Below, piece after piece: positions 31,436 to 40,944 of a stretch of DNA of 64,000 nt (position 1 is the stretch's first letter; every line of letters begins with the position of its first letter). The stretch lies in NCBI GenBank assembly GCA_963726455.1, contig CAVSCK010000004.1:640001-704000 (forward strand), in the 5' to 3' direction. The notes beneath the pieces were generated by a model that saw nothing but the letters and a program-made list of their open reading frames with translations, was not told where the DNA came from and ran no database searches. Position numbers and translations under genes: made by a program. This stretch comes from an uncultured bacterium (GTDB lineage Bacteria > Zixibacteria > MSB-5A5 > CAIYYT01).

Positions 31436-32029
31436 ATGAAAAAGGTCTTATTGACTGCATTCATGCTTGTCGTCGCGTTTGCGGTTGCTGCGAACGCAGC
31501 CACGTACTCGTTTGCGCCGGTACCCTCGGATTTGGGAGACTTGGATCATACCAGGTACTATTCCTGGGGAATCAACTGGACTCATACCAGTGAGTACATC
31601 ACCGGAGCCACTCTCAGAATCAACCACATTTGGGATTGGACTCATGAAGTAGATTCTCTCTACATTCATTTGCTCGATAACCCGACCCTTGGTGTGACGA
31701 GCGGATTTGATAACGAGGGTGGTGGCGATCACTTTGCCGGTACGCCTTGGATTTCGACCTGGTCGGATCCCTATGGCGACGCCTTACACAAAGCCAATCT
31801 GGCGTACGATCTCGGTGCCCTGGGACTGCTGCCGACGCTGAATACCTATGCGGCTAACGGCAGATTCGGATTCGGGTTCGATGCGGATTGTCATTACTAC
31901 AACGATGGCGTTCAGCTCTGCGTAACCACATCGACCACTCCTCCGAACACTGTTCCGGAGCCGGGAATGCTGACTCTGCTCGGAATCGGGCTCACAGGTG
32001 TTGCAACTTACGTTCGGAGGAAGAAGTAA
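31436..32029 (+). CDS. PEP-CTERM sorting-domain protein
   Basis: Signal peptide MKKVLL; C-terminal VPEPGMLTLLGIGL...RRKK. Confidence 0.93.
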   Translation: MKKVLLTAFMLVVAFAVAANAATYSFAPVPSDLGDLDHTRYYSWGINWTHTSEYITGATLRINHIWDWTHEVDSLYIHLLDNPTLGVTSGFDNEGGGDHFAGTPWISTWSDPYGDALHKANLAYDLGALGLLPTLNTYAANGRFGFGFDADCHYYNDGVQLCVTTSTTPPNTVPEPGMLTLLGIGLTGVATYVRRKK

Positions 32030-32058
32030 CACCGAGAGTTTCACCAATACACAGACGA

Positions 32059-32091
32059 AAGCCGTGGTCAAGAAACACCGCGGCTTTTTTT
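32059..32091 (+). terminator. Rho-independent terminator
   Basis: aagccgtggt..accgcggctt followed by a T-run. Confidence 0.75.
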
Positions 32092-32229
32092 GTGCCTTCA
32101 CCGCGGCATAGCCCGGATGATCTGTCTAAGAACGTTGTCGTGTCCCCCTACCTCTCATCGACCGTTATATTCTTCTTGACATTGCAACTCAACCTCCCAG
32201 ATTCGTGTAAAAACATTGGAGGAAATCAC

Positions 32230-32991
32230 ATGCACATGATTATTCGTAAACAAAGCTTTCATTTGATCCTGACTGTTGTCGCATTCTTCATGCTGGGCGC
32301 AATTGCGCTGCAGGCAGAAGAAGCGGCAGCTCCGCAGCCACTGTCGCCCGAAGAATTCCAGAAGGTCATCAAGTCGAACAAACAAGCCGATTGGATAACG
32401 ATCAAGGCGCTTACTGATGATCAGACGAAAGCTCTCATAAACTGTAAGTCAATCAAGGTCGCTCTCGGCGGTGTTCAGGAGGCGTGGGAAGTTCTGTGGT
32501 TAAACGGCGTCACCACCATCACCGACAATCAGGTGAAATTGCTGGCTGAGAATGAAGTCAACCTATCACTGGACGGTCTCACAACTCTCTCGGTTGAGCA
32601 GGCAAAGCTGATGAGCCGATACAAAGGCAAATTCATTCCGAGGGCATTTCAGGACGATCCCGAGTATTCGCGCAAGTTCGCGTCACGGGCGGCAGGTGTG
32701 CTAAGTCTGAATGGATTAACTACCCTGGATGATGAGACGACCAAGTGGCTGGGCAAATCCAAAGCATTTGAGCTCGACCTCAACGCATTGAAGTCGATAA
32801 GCGACTTGCAGGCAAAATCACTTGGCTATTTCCCGGGCGCTATTCTGCAGATGAACTCCTTGAAGACGCTGACAGATAAACAAGCAAAGGCCCTCGCACA
32901 ATTTCAGGGGAGTCTGGCAGTGGCTTCGCTCGATAAGCCGTCAAAAGATTTGATCATAAAGTATGGTGGCGTGCTGATCGGACAGGAATAA
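32230..32991 (+). CDS. Secreted leucine-rich-repeat-like protein
   Basis: ATG after GGAGG; signal peptide; repeats LxLxGLTTL(S/T)xxQAKxL. Confidence 0.7.
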   Translation: MHMIIRKQSFHLILTVVAFFMLGAIALQAEEAAAPQPLSPEEFQKVIKSNKQADWITIKALTDDQTKALINCKSIKVALGGVQEAWEVLWLNGVTTITDNQVKLLAENEVNLSLDGLTTLSVEQAKLMSRYKGKFIPRAFQDDPEYSRKFASRAAGVLSLNGLTTLDDETTKWLGKSKAFELDLNALKSISDLQAKSLGYFPGAILQMNSLKTLTDKQAKALAQFQGSLAVASLDKPSKDLIIKYGGVLIGQE

Positions 32992-33145
32992 GATTTCACC
33001 GACATTCAAATTGAATTACTGAGGACACATGCGAATGTGTCCTCTTTTTTTGCGCCGGGATTGGCCCAAATCGGTATTTCGTCGGGTGAATTTCGCTACG
33101 TACCAACATGAGCAGAAACAAGTTCACTCGAAGGAGGTTGATCTC

Positions 33146-33736
33146 ATGGCCTACATTGAAACGACATCAGAGGATCAGGCGCAAGGGTTGCTGCACGAAA
33201 TCTACGACAAGGAACGGCAATCCTCGGGGCACGTTCCCAACCATATGATAGTATTCAGCCATCGGCCGGAGGTGCTGGATGCCTGGCGCAAATTGATCGC
33301 CACCGTTCGCGGCAATTTGCGATTAAGGCAGTATGAACTGGTGACATTCGCTGCGGCGCGCAAGCTCAGATGCGATTACTGACTGCTTGCGCACGGAGAG
33401 GTTCTCCGTAAGAATTTCTTCAGCACCGAGGAAATGATTGTCCTGGCGCAAGACTATACCAAAGCAAATCTGTCGGAAGCGGAAATCGAGATGATGAGAT
33501 TTGCCGAGAAAGTGGCCGGTGAGGCGAGCGAGATTACTTTGGACGATATCAATCGTCTGCGCGCCCAGGGGTTCAGTGACACCACAATTTCGGACATTAC
33601 GTTTGCGGCGGCAGCGCGGTGTTTCTTCAGCAAGACGCTGGATGCTCTTGGAGCAGAGCCCGATTCGGAATATCTCAAGCTGCAGCAGGGCTTGCGGGAC
33701 GCATTGATTGCGGGACGACCGCTGCACACCGTGTAA
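33146..33736 (+). CDS. AhpD/CMD-family peroxidase-related protein, probable selenoprotein (CxxU)
   Basis: Two same-frame ORFs joined at TGA 33380-33382, reading RCDY*LLAHG, which matches the CxYCxxxH motif; hairpin immediately downstream. Confidence 0.8.
33383..33409 (+). promoter_or_regulatory. Candidate bacterial SECIS element
   Basis: acggaga-GGT-tctccgt stem-loop, loop 18 nt after the UGA. Confidence 0.6.
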
Positions 33737-33771
33737 TCGGTAGTTCGTTACATGCGCCAACACCGTGACAC

Positions 33772-34497
33772 TTAGTGCGAGTGCTGTAGGACGTAGATGA
33801 CCCAGGGATTCATGTGCGTTTCATTGACCCACTCATAGGGCTCATCCTCACGCGCCAGCGGCTTCAGCATTTCGACGACATCAAGTCCGGCTTCGCGATA
33901 CACCCTGCGATAATCCTCGTCTGGCCATAGTATGTCGTCCACCGGTCGGCGGTCGTCGATGTCGGTATTGATGATCTTCACGATGTCGCCGCATTGTGCC
34001 TGGTGGTTCTCGGGAAAATCCCTGGAGGAAAATGATGCCCACTCGTGGAGGTAGATTTGCGGGTCGGAAACGAGGTTCACGAACTTACCATCAGGTGTCA
34101 GCATTCGGCGAATCTCTTTCATGATGGCAGACTTCTTTTCGCCTGTCGGGATGTTGTCGAAAGTGAAAGCAGACAAGATCAGATCAAATGAGTGATCGCC
34201 AAAGCGAATGAATTCATCTTCTCCGAGCAAACGGTAATCACCGGTCGGATCCAATTCCTTTGCCTTATTGAGCATATCTGCTGAGATGTCCACTCCGAAA
34301 GCGGTGAACCCGAGCTTGACCAGAAATCTCGTTGACCGCCCTGCCCCACAGCCGAAATCCATGGCACGGTTTCCAGACACATGCTGAGAGATTATCGCCG
34401 GCAGATCGCGAAATGCGAGATAATAGGTGCCGGGAAATTCAAGCCGGGCGTAGGCGTCGGCCATGTGCGAGTCTTCATAGGCGTTAAAGAAGTCCAT
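33772..34497 (-). CDS. Class I SAM-dependent methyltransferase
   Basis: Start MDFFNAY after AGGAG; DFGCGAG, GVDIS, FDLILS. Confidence 0.88.
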   Translation of the reverse strand: MDFFNAYEDSHMADAYARLEFPGTYYLAFRDLPAIISQHVSGNRAMDFGCGAGRSTRFLVKLGFTAFGVDISADMLNKAKELDPTGDYRLLGEDEFIRFGDHSFDLILSAFTFDNIPTGEKKSAIMKEIRRMLTPDGKFVNLVSDPQIYLHEWASFSSRDFPENHQAQCGDIVKIINTDIDDRRPVDDILWPDEDYRRVYREAGLDVVEMLKPLAREDEPYEWVNETHMNPWVIYVLQHSH

Positions 34498-34603
34498 TTG
34501 TCTGCTCCTGGCTGTGTTTCCAGAGACAATATCGACGCCAATCTTACAAATGGCAAAGCCATTATTGCCAATTCGTTCGCTTGAGGGACTCAGGACCAAG
34601 CGA

Positions 34604-35749
34604 TCAATAGGCGGTCGGAATGAAGATCGCCTCCAACATGGTGTTGCGAATTTCGATGACGGCCCCGCTCCCCTGGGTGCCGCTGGTGCGTCCCTCGAGC
34701 CGAAACGTGTAGGAACCAGAGCTGGCTTTGCTGTAAACGCGCGTCACCACGAACGGCCAGTAGGTACTGGAGGTCGTCCACATCGCGCTGCCACCGAACA
34801 CTGCGTAGTAGGGAGCGGCGACCGCTCCACCTGCCGTTTCATCGATCTGCACATAGCCGTAGTTGATGCCGGTTGTTCCGCTTAAATAGGCCGTGCCTCT
34901 TCCGGTGACAGAGATGTAGCCGTCCGAAGGGATGTTAATGGTCACCGTCAGAATGTCCGCAACAGATGAGGTGAGAGTAGCTGTGACCGTGCTCTGAATT
35001 GAGGCGATCCCCGGCTCGTCTTTTATATCCGCCGCATCGATGGAGTTCGTGGGAAGAATGACGTTGCCTGATCCGGAACCATCCAGGATGATTTTTGGGG
35101 AACCGGTGGCATCACCCAACCGGAGTTGTCCTCCATTGCCGTTTCCGAAAAGACTCACTTCGTCCCTGCCAAGCGAATCCGTCAGAGTAATCGATCCTGC
35201 CGAAGCATTGGCCTTTATTTCCACTTGCGCGTGACCATCATTCATCAATTCGATCTTGCCAATTCTCCCAACTTCGGTGGATAGTCTCGCAACTGCGACT
35301 CCACCATCGCCGTTCATTTCCAAGGGACCCGACATGGTATCGCCACTGAGTCTAACATACTTGTCCCCTACCGTGCGCGCGCTGTCAGCAGTAAATGCGT
35401 AAGCAACCGTAACCAGTGGCTGCCGTGGGGTCATTTCGGCGTTATCGCCCAGTTTGACTCCCAGGAAACGGATGGCTCCGGAGAACACACTTGGATCCAC
35501 TGCATTAACTGTACCGAGCAGCACCGAGAACAAACCGCCGGTAATCGTCACGCTCTGGGTTTCAGTCCACCGGACCGTACCATCGGTGGGTTGATCATAG
35601 ATCGTGAATGTCACAGGATAATTGCCGTCAGCGATCGGTGTGCCCGCGTCGGAGAAACGACCCTGATAACTGATAAGTTTGGGAACTTCTGCGGATGCGA
35701 TACCGACCGCGAACAGTATGATTGCAGCAAGTAGGAGCGCGTGTTTCAT
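34604..35749 (-). CDS. Secreted fibre-like protein sharing its N-terminal domain with 3594-5336
   Basis: Start MKHALL after GGAGG; VPKLISYQGR...WTETQ...GLFSVLLG...PRQPLVTVAYA; beta-rich C-terminus. Confidence 0.75.
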   Translation of the reverse strand: MKHALLLAAIILFAVGIASAEVPKLISYQGRFSDAGTPIADGNYPVTFTIYDQPTDGTVRWTETQSVTITGGLFSVLLGTVNAVDPSVFSGAIRFLGVKLGDNAEMTPRQPLVTVAYAFTADSARTVGDKYVRLSGDTMSGPLEMNGDGGVAVARLSTEVGRIGKIELMNDGHAQVEIKANASAGSITLTDSLGRDEVSLFGNGNGGQLRLGDATGSPKIILDGSGSGNVILPTNSIDAADIKDEPGIASIQSTVTATLTSSVADILTVTINIPSDGYISVTGRGTAYLSGTTGINYGYVQIDETAGGAVAAPYYAVFGGSAMWTTSSTYWPFVVTRVYSKASSGSYTFRLEGRTSGTQGSGAVIEIRNTMLEAIFIPTAY

Positions 35750-35943
35750 GGTGTCAACCTCCGGGATGTGTAACCGCAAGAACATTCTACTTGGTCGAGC
35801 TGCGAGTAGCAGCCGACACGATGCTTGAGTAATATAACTCGCTTCCAAATTCCGCAAAGCACTAAACGTGCCCTGAGAGGTCGCTAATCAATACTGGAAT
35901 GGTAGGGATTGCGGGGATAAGGATGTCGTTGGGGATCGAAAAC

Positions 35944-35970
35944 GTCAAAACCCAATCGGTTTTGACCTGC
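35944..35970. repeat. GTCAAAACC..GGTTTTGAC REP-like palindrome
   Basis: Perfect 9-bp stem; degenerate copies near 37061, 37202 and 60278. Confidence 0.6.
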
Positions 35971-36022
35971 TTCGCTTATATTGAGGGATCAGTACTGACT
36001 CAGGATCAGAGAGGAGCCATTT

Positions 36023-36469
36023 GTGGGGACCCGACCCATCTACGCCGGTCTCGGCCGTCGCTTTGTTGCGCTGGCGATTGACGGCCTGTCATTCTGCGCG
36101 GTGTTCTTCCCTATCACGCGAATCGTCAAAGGCGCGTGGCTGATGGCGCCGGGCGATCATGCATGGAATGTTGGTTGGTTCATCAGCGACCCGATCTGCC
36201 TGATATTTCTGGCGGTGATGTTCGTCTACTTCGTCCTACTGGAAGCCATTCTTGGCGCGACGCTGGGTAAGCGGTTTGTTGGTATCAGGGTCACCGCAGT
36301 AGACGGCAAGATTCCCGGCCTATCCAAATCCCTGATCAGAAATCTGCTGAGGCTGGTGGACGGATTGCCGGCCTTGAATATTCTCGGCGTGATCATGATC
36401 ATCTTTTCGAAAGAGCGGACGCGCGTTGGTGATGTCGTCGCAGGAACAAGGGTCGTGAAGCGAGAATAG
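36023..36469 (+). CDS. RDD-family membrane protein
   Basis: YAGLGRRFVALAID, GATLGKR..GIRV, RVGDVVAGTRVV. Confidence 0.9.
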   Translation: MGTRPIYAGLGRRFVALAIDGLSFCAVFFPITRIVKGAWLMAPGDHAWNVGWFISDPICLIFLAVMFVYFVLLEAILGATLGKRFVGIRVTAVDGKIPGLSKSLIRNLLRLVDGLPALNILGVIMIIFSKERTRVGDVVAGTRVVKRE

Positions 36470-37035
36470 GAGTTCAGGAGCTTCGCGATCGTATTCCAAT
36501 TGCGGGTGGTGATGTTGGCGCCGTACGACCGATCAAGTATGTTCATGGCTTTCGCGGTTCCCTTGCCGGCCGCGCCGGTGGCCACGAAGAAGACTTCCGC
36601 GTCGGTGGCAGATACGAAGCGGAAATCTGCGGTCGAGGTCTTCTTTACTTCGCTGAAGCTGTCCGTTCGACTGTCGGAGAGAAAGGTCACATAGAGTCGC
36701 GTGTTAGGCGTGACTTTGACCGACTTAAAGGGATTCAAGTTCAGCAGCTTCTGTATTTCATCGAGACTGCGAACGATCACGCCAATGCTGTAGCCCAATT
36801 CTTCCTCAAGTTGTGCTCTCGATAGCGCGACGATCTTGCGGCGATCCGTTGTCGTCGTATCGAAGAGAACGTTTCCGCTCGCGAGCACCGTCTTGACATT
36901 CGTAAATCCGGCGGCCTGGAATATTTTGGACAGCGTTGACATCGAGATGACTTTGTTGCCGCCGACATTGATCCCGCGCAGAAGGGCGACGTAGCGCATA
37001 GCTGGTTTGCTCTTTGTGGTTGCGCGTTTAGGCAT
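36226..37035 (-). CDS. DUF1697-family protein
   Basis: YVALLRGINVGG, ASGNVLF, TTRNWNT. The C-terminal tail runs antisense into the RDD gene. Confidence 0.85.
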   Translation of the reverse strand: MPKRATTKSKPAMRYVALLRGINVGGNKVISMSTLSKIFQAAGFTNVKTVLASGNVLFDTTTTDRRKIVALSRAQLEEELGYSIGVIVRSLDEIQKLLNLNPFKSVKVTPNTRLYVTFLSDSRTDSFSEVKKTSTADFRFVSATDAEVFFVATGAAGKGTAKAMNILDRSYGANITTRNWNTIAKLLNSYSRFTTLVPATTSPTRVRSFEKMIMITPRIFKAGNPSTSLSRFLIRDLDRPGILPSTAVTLIPTNRLPSVAPRMASSRTK

Positions 37036-37036
37036 T

Positions 37037-37220
37037 TGTAATGATACGGAGTTGCGCCGATCAAAACCGAAGCGGGTTTGTGCTACGGCACTTCATTCGA
37101 TAGGTATTCTAAGGACACAGGTCTCAGCCAGAAACGAACAATCCCACCCGTCGGAAGCCTTTGGGTGGGATACAAGTTGTAAATGATACGGAGTTGACTA
37201 GGTCAAAACCGAAGCGGGTC
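37037..37220. repeat. About 43-bp direct repeats enclosing a CCACCC..GGGTGG palindrome
   Basis: aatgatacggagttg..tcaaaaccgaagcgggt at about 37040 and 37182; palindrome at 37141-37175, repeated at 38632-38664. Confidence 0.7.
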
Positions 37221-37235
37221 TACTTTCAGTACTAA

Positions 37236-37868
37236 TCACATCCAATCCCAGAGACTGTAGATGAGGAAACCGTTCATCGTGCGGTTCTCCTGGTCACGTA
37301 GCGGCTGATCGGTCAGGATGAACACATAACCAGAGGCCGGGTAGTATCTCACTTCTTTGATCCGGTAGTTCTTGTATAGACCTTGAGTTGAGACATGAAT
37401 TAGTCCCGGCTCCGGACCACGGAACACCGGATATTCATAACAACCCTCCGTGCACTCCCAGTTCCAGGTCTTGAGATCATGCCTCGGCATGGATTGGTAA
37501 CGACGCACAAACGACGTGTCTTGCGGTGGCGCCGTGAAAGTCAGAGAGTCCGTTAACCGGTAGTTTCCGGCCGAATCGGTGACTGTAATGTATGGTTCGA
37601 TCTTCATATTGTTATAAAGGTCGGGTATCCAATTCCCCAGAAGAGTCTCTGACTTGAAGGCGTGCACTATGCTTGGCAGGATGAATAGAATATTGAACTC
37701 ATGGCCGACACCTGGGTTCCAGTCAACACGATAGAAGAAGAGACAAGTTCTCCCCTCGGTCTTATCGAACAAAGTGAACACCTGATCACTTGGCGGCTTT
37801 GTCTGAGCCGGAGCTGAGATATTCAGCAGGAACAACAGAAACGATGCGTAAAACAGCCGGCGAATCAT
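37236..37868 (-). CDS. Secreted hypothetical protein, paralog of 37865-38512
   Basis: Signal peptide; CxxxCxxYPVFRG...GLYKNY...SGY..I.TDQPLR shared with its neighbour. Confidence 0.75.
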   Translation of the reverse strand: MIRRLFYASFLLFLLNISAPAQTKPPSDQVFTLFDKTEGRTCLFFYRVDWNPGVGHEFNILFILPSIVHAFKSETLLGNWIPDLYNNMKIEPYITVTDSAGNYRLTDSLTFTAPPQDTSFVRRYQSMPRHDLKTWNWECTEGCYEYPVFRGPEPGLIHVSTQGLYKNYRIKEVRYYPASGYVFILTDQPLRDQENRTMNGFLIYSLWDWM

Positions 37869-38512
37869 TCTTGCGCCCCCTTCTTAGTCAGTTGGTAGAC
37901 CAACAACCCATCCATAGTGTCAGAACCTACAGCCCGCAACGGCTGATCAGTCACAATCACGAGATACCCGCTCGACGGAAAGTATAGTACTTGAGAAAAA
38001 GTGTAGTTCTTGTACAGGCCGCCTTTGAATTCGTACACGAGGTTTGCTTCGACGCCCCGAAATACGGGATAGTCGCTACAATAGACCGGACAGGCCCTGT
38101 ACCAATCCAATGCTCCGCTCCCGCCTTCGTTGACTACCTTATTAAACTTACGATCGAAGGTAGAGTCGGGCCTTGGAGGCGCAACTGTTGCTGAGTCTCT
38201 TAGGACATAAGTGCCTCCTTCCTCGGCGATGACCAGCGGCTCTTCCTTCGGCGTGCCAGCCAGAAAGCGGTCGAAGACTTCCTTCGCAGCGCCACCGGCC
38301 TTCATTTCGTACGCATGTTCGCCACCGAGGAATAGACAATAGCTCTCTGAGTATTCACATTCGCCATTTACGTACAATTGCCACAGGAGTACGCCATCAA
38401 CGCCCGTGGACTTTCCGACTATGGTAAATTTCTGCTCGCAATTTGAGGAACCAAGCAGCGCAGGTGCGCTCAGGATGGTTATTGCGCAAGTCAGCATGAA
38501 CAACTTGATCAT
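37865..38512 (-). CDS. Secreted hypothetical protein, paralog of 37236-37868
   Basis: Signal peptide, shared C-terminal motifs, ATGA overlap. Confidence 0.75.
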   Translation of the reverse strand: MIKLFMLTCAITILSAPALLGSSNCEQKFTIVGKSTGVDGVLLWQLYVNGECEYSESYCLFLGGEHAYEMKAGGAAKEVFDRFLAGTPKEEPLVIAEEGGTYVLRDSATVAPPRPDSTFDRKFNKVVNEGGSGALDWYRACPVYCSDYPVFRGVEANLVYEFKGGLYKNYTFSQVLYFPSSGYLVIVTDQPLRAVGSDTMDGLLVYQLTKKGAQE

Positions 38513-38685
38513 ATTCAGCGGCCTCCCTTGGCTCGCGTTGCCTAGCCCTTTATGTCATCGAACCAGTGATTAGTTCTTTAACTATCTTACCAACAGCCTG
38601 CACCGGAGTTTCCAGAATCCGGGCGACGAAAATCCACCCGTCGCTGGCTTTGGGTGGGGTACAAATTAAATCAGATCCGAAGGAC

Positions 38686-39039
38686 CTACCTCTCTGTGTG
38701 AATTGAATTCATGACCGGATTTTTCGTTCCGCAGGAGCCGCACGTCCATGAGACGAACCCATACTCACACTTGAGACAGAATACTCCCCCCACACCCTGC
38801 GCACTATATCCTGCTTTGTAAGCGAGCGAACCGCAGTTCGAACACTTTTCGAGAGGTACCATCTCGCCGCACCTTACACATCTAAACGCCGCCCGTCTGC
38901 TGTGACTTCCCCCACCTTTACAGTAGCTTGTGAGGAAAGCCGGATCGGTAACTGTTCTTAGATGCGTATTCATAATGTCCGCTTTGAATTCAACCTGCGC
39001 TGCAGCCTGCTCCCACTTGCGAGATTTCAAGTCACTCAC
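38686..39039 (-). CDS. Small zinc-ribbon protein
   Basis: Four CxxC pairs (CVRC, CSNC, CLKC, CGSC); start uncertain. Confidence 0.6.
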   Translation of the reverse strand: MSDLKSRKWEQAAAQVEFKADIMNTHLRTVTDPAFLTSYCKGGGSHSRRAAFRCVRCGEMVPLEKCSNCGSLAYKAGYSAQGVGGVFCLKCEYGFVSWTCGSCGTKNPVMNSIHTER

Positions 39040-39189
39040 CTAGTGCCTCCGTTTTGAGAAGGGTCGTGTTTGCCAAAACCGCTTCCGTTCCAAGTACTTT
39101 CTTTGTTTCGGATATTTCGTCTAACCCCCGCAAGCAGGATGCAAGCTATGATGTGCAATGTCAACCCTTTTCTGCATAAATACAAGACA

Positions 39190-39213
39190 CCGTCAGGAAA
39201 GGGTTCCTGACGG
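39190..39213. repeat. CCGTCAGGA..TCCTGACGG palindrome, copy 3
   Basis: ccgtcaggaa-aggg-ttcctgacgg downstream of pckA. Confidence 0.7.
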
Positions 39214-39294
39214 CGCGGATTTGACGCGGGATTTGGATGCTGAGCAGCAGTGATTCGGATAATCAGCAGGTCACTTCTGCCCAAAGGGGCTAGA

Positions 39295-40944
39295 CTACTT
39301 CGTCGGTCCGCAGGCGCAGACTTCCGGTGGGCAGCCGTCGGCGTACTTCTTGAAGTTCTCGCGATAGAGCGACGCCAGTTGCTTGTACTTCTGATCGTAG
39401 GCCTTCTTGTCGGGCCAACTCTTGCACGGATAGAGGACATCATCGGCACGTTCGGACAGGTCTTGGGAACATTGTAATCCGAACACTTCGTCTTTGTAGT
39501 ACTCGACATTGTCCAATTGTCCGGTCAATGCGGCTTCGAGCAGCGCGCGAGTGTGTTTGATACTGATGCGTCGTCCGACACCATACTGTCCGCCGACCCA
39601 GCCGGTATTGACCAGCCAGCAGTTGACATTGTGGCGCTGGATCTTGCTTCTTGAGCAGGTCGGCATAGTAGGCCGGATGATGCACCATAAACGGCGCGCC
39701 AAAACAGGCCGAGAAAGTGATTTCCGGTTCCTTGCCCATATCGATTTCGGTGCCGGAGACCTTCGCCGTGTAGCCGGAGATAAAATGATACAGCGCCTGA
39801 TCGGGCGTCAACCGCGCGATCGGCGGCATCACACCACTCGCGTCGCAAGTCAGCATGATGATATTCTTCGGATGCCCGGCGCGCTTTTCCGGCAGCGCGT
39901 TGTCGATGTATTCCAGCGGATAGGAGATGCGCGTGTTTTCGGTGCGTTCGTCATCGTCGAGATCAAGCTGGCGCGTGACGGGATCCATAATGACGTTTTC
40001 GAGAATCGTTCCGAACCGGCGCGTGCAGGCATAGATTTCCGGTTCCGCCGTCGCCGACAGGTTGATCGCCTTTGCGTAGCAGCCACCTTCGAAATTGAAC
40101 ACGCCCTCATCGCTCCAGCCATGCTCGTCGTCGCCGATCAGATGACGGCGCGGATCGGCCGACAGCGTGGTCTTGCCGGTGCCGGAGAGACCGAAGAACA
40201 ACGCCGATATCACCATCTTTGCCGACGTTGGCGGAGCAGTGCATCGACATGATGCCCTGCAGCGGCAGCAGGTAATTCAGAATCGTGAAGGCCGATTTCT
40301 TGATCTCGCCGCCGTAGCCGGTGCCGCCGATGATCACCAGGCGCTGCTCGAAGTTGAGCAGAATGAACGTCGGCGTCAGCGTGCCGTCGATCGAAGGCAT
40401 CGCCTGGAATGACGGAATCGAGATGATCGTGAAATCGGGACGTGAGGCGCTTCAGCTCGTCGAGCTCGTCAATCTTGATGAACATGTTGCGGGCAAACAG
40501 CGAATGCCAGGCGAATTCGGTGATCACGCGAATCGGCATTTGGTAATTCGGATCGGCGCCGACATAGCAGTCCTGCACGAACAGATCGCGTCCTTGCAGA
40601 TAGGCCTGCAACCGCGTCGTAGACGCCGGAGAATCTGTCGGCGCTGAACGGACGGTTGTATTGTCCCCACCAGATGTTGTCCTCGGTGGTTGCTTCGCTG
40701 ACGATGAATTTGTCATTGGCGGCGCGTGCCGTGTGTTTGCCGGTGTTGACCACCAGCGGTCCCATGTGCGCCAAAGCTGCCTTCGCGACGGAACAGCGCC
40801 TCGCCATAAAGCGCCGCGGAGTGTCAGATTCCAATAGACGACGCCGAGATTGGTCAGGCCGTGATTGCTCAGCTTGAATTCGCTGGCGCGTTCTTTGGCG
40901 ATTTCATGAGCCGGTGTCTTTATATTCCAGATATTGCCGATCAT
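39295..40944 (-). CDS. pckA: PEP carboxykinase (ATP), multiple apparent frameshifts
   Basis: Fragments [59 protein letters not shown]. Confidence 0.93.

Noticed and set aside
33000-39100. Integron cassette array
   Set aside because: No integrase, genes lie on both strands, and there are no convincing RYYYAAC/GTTRRRY attC pairs.
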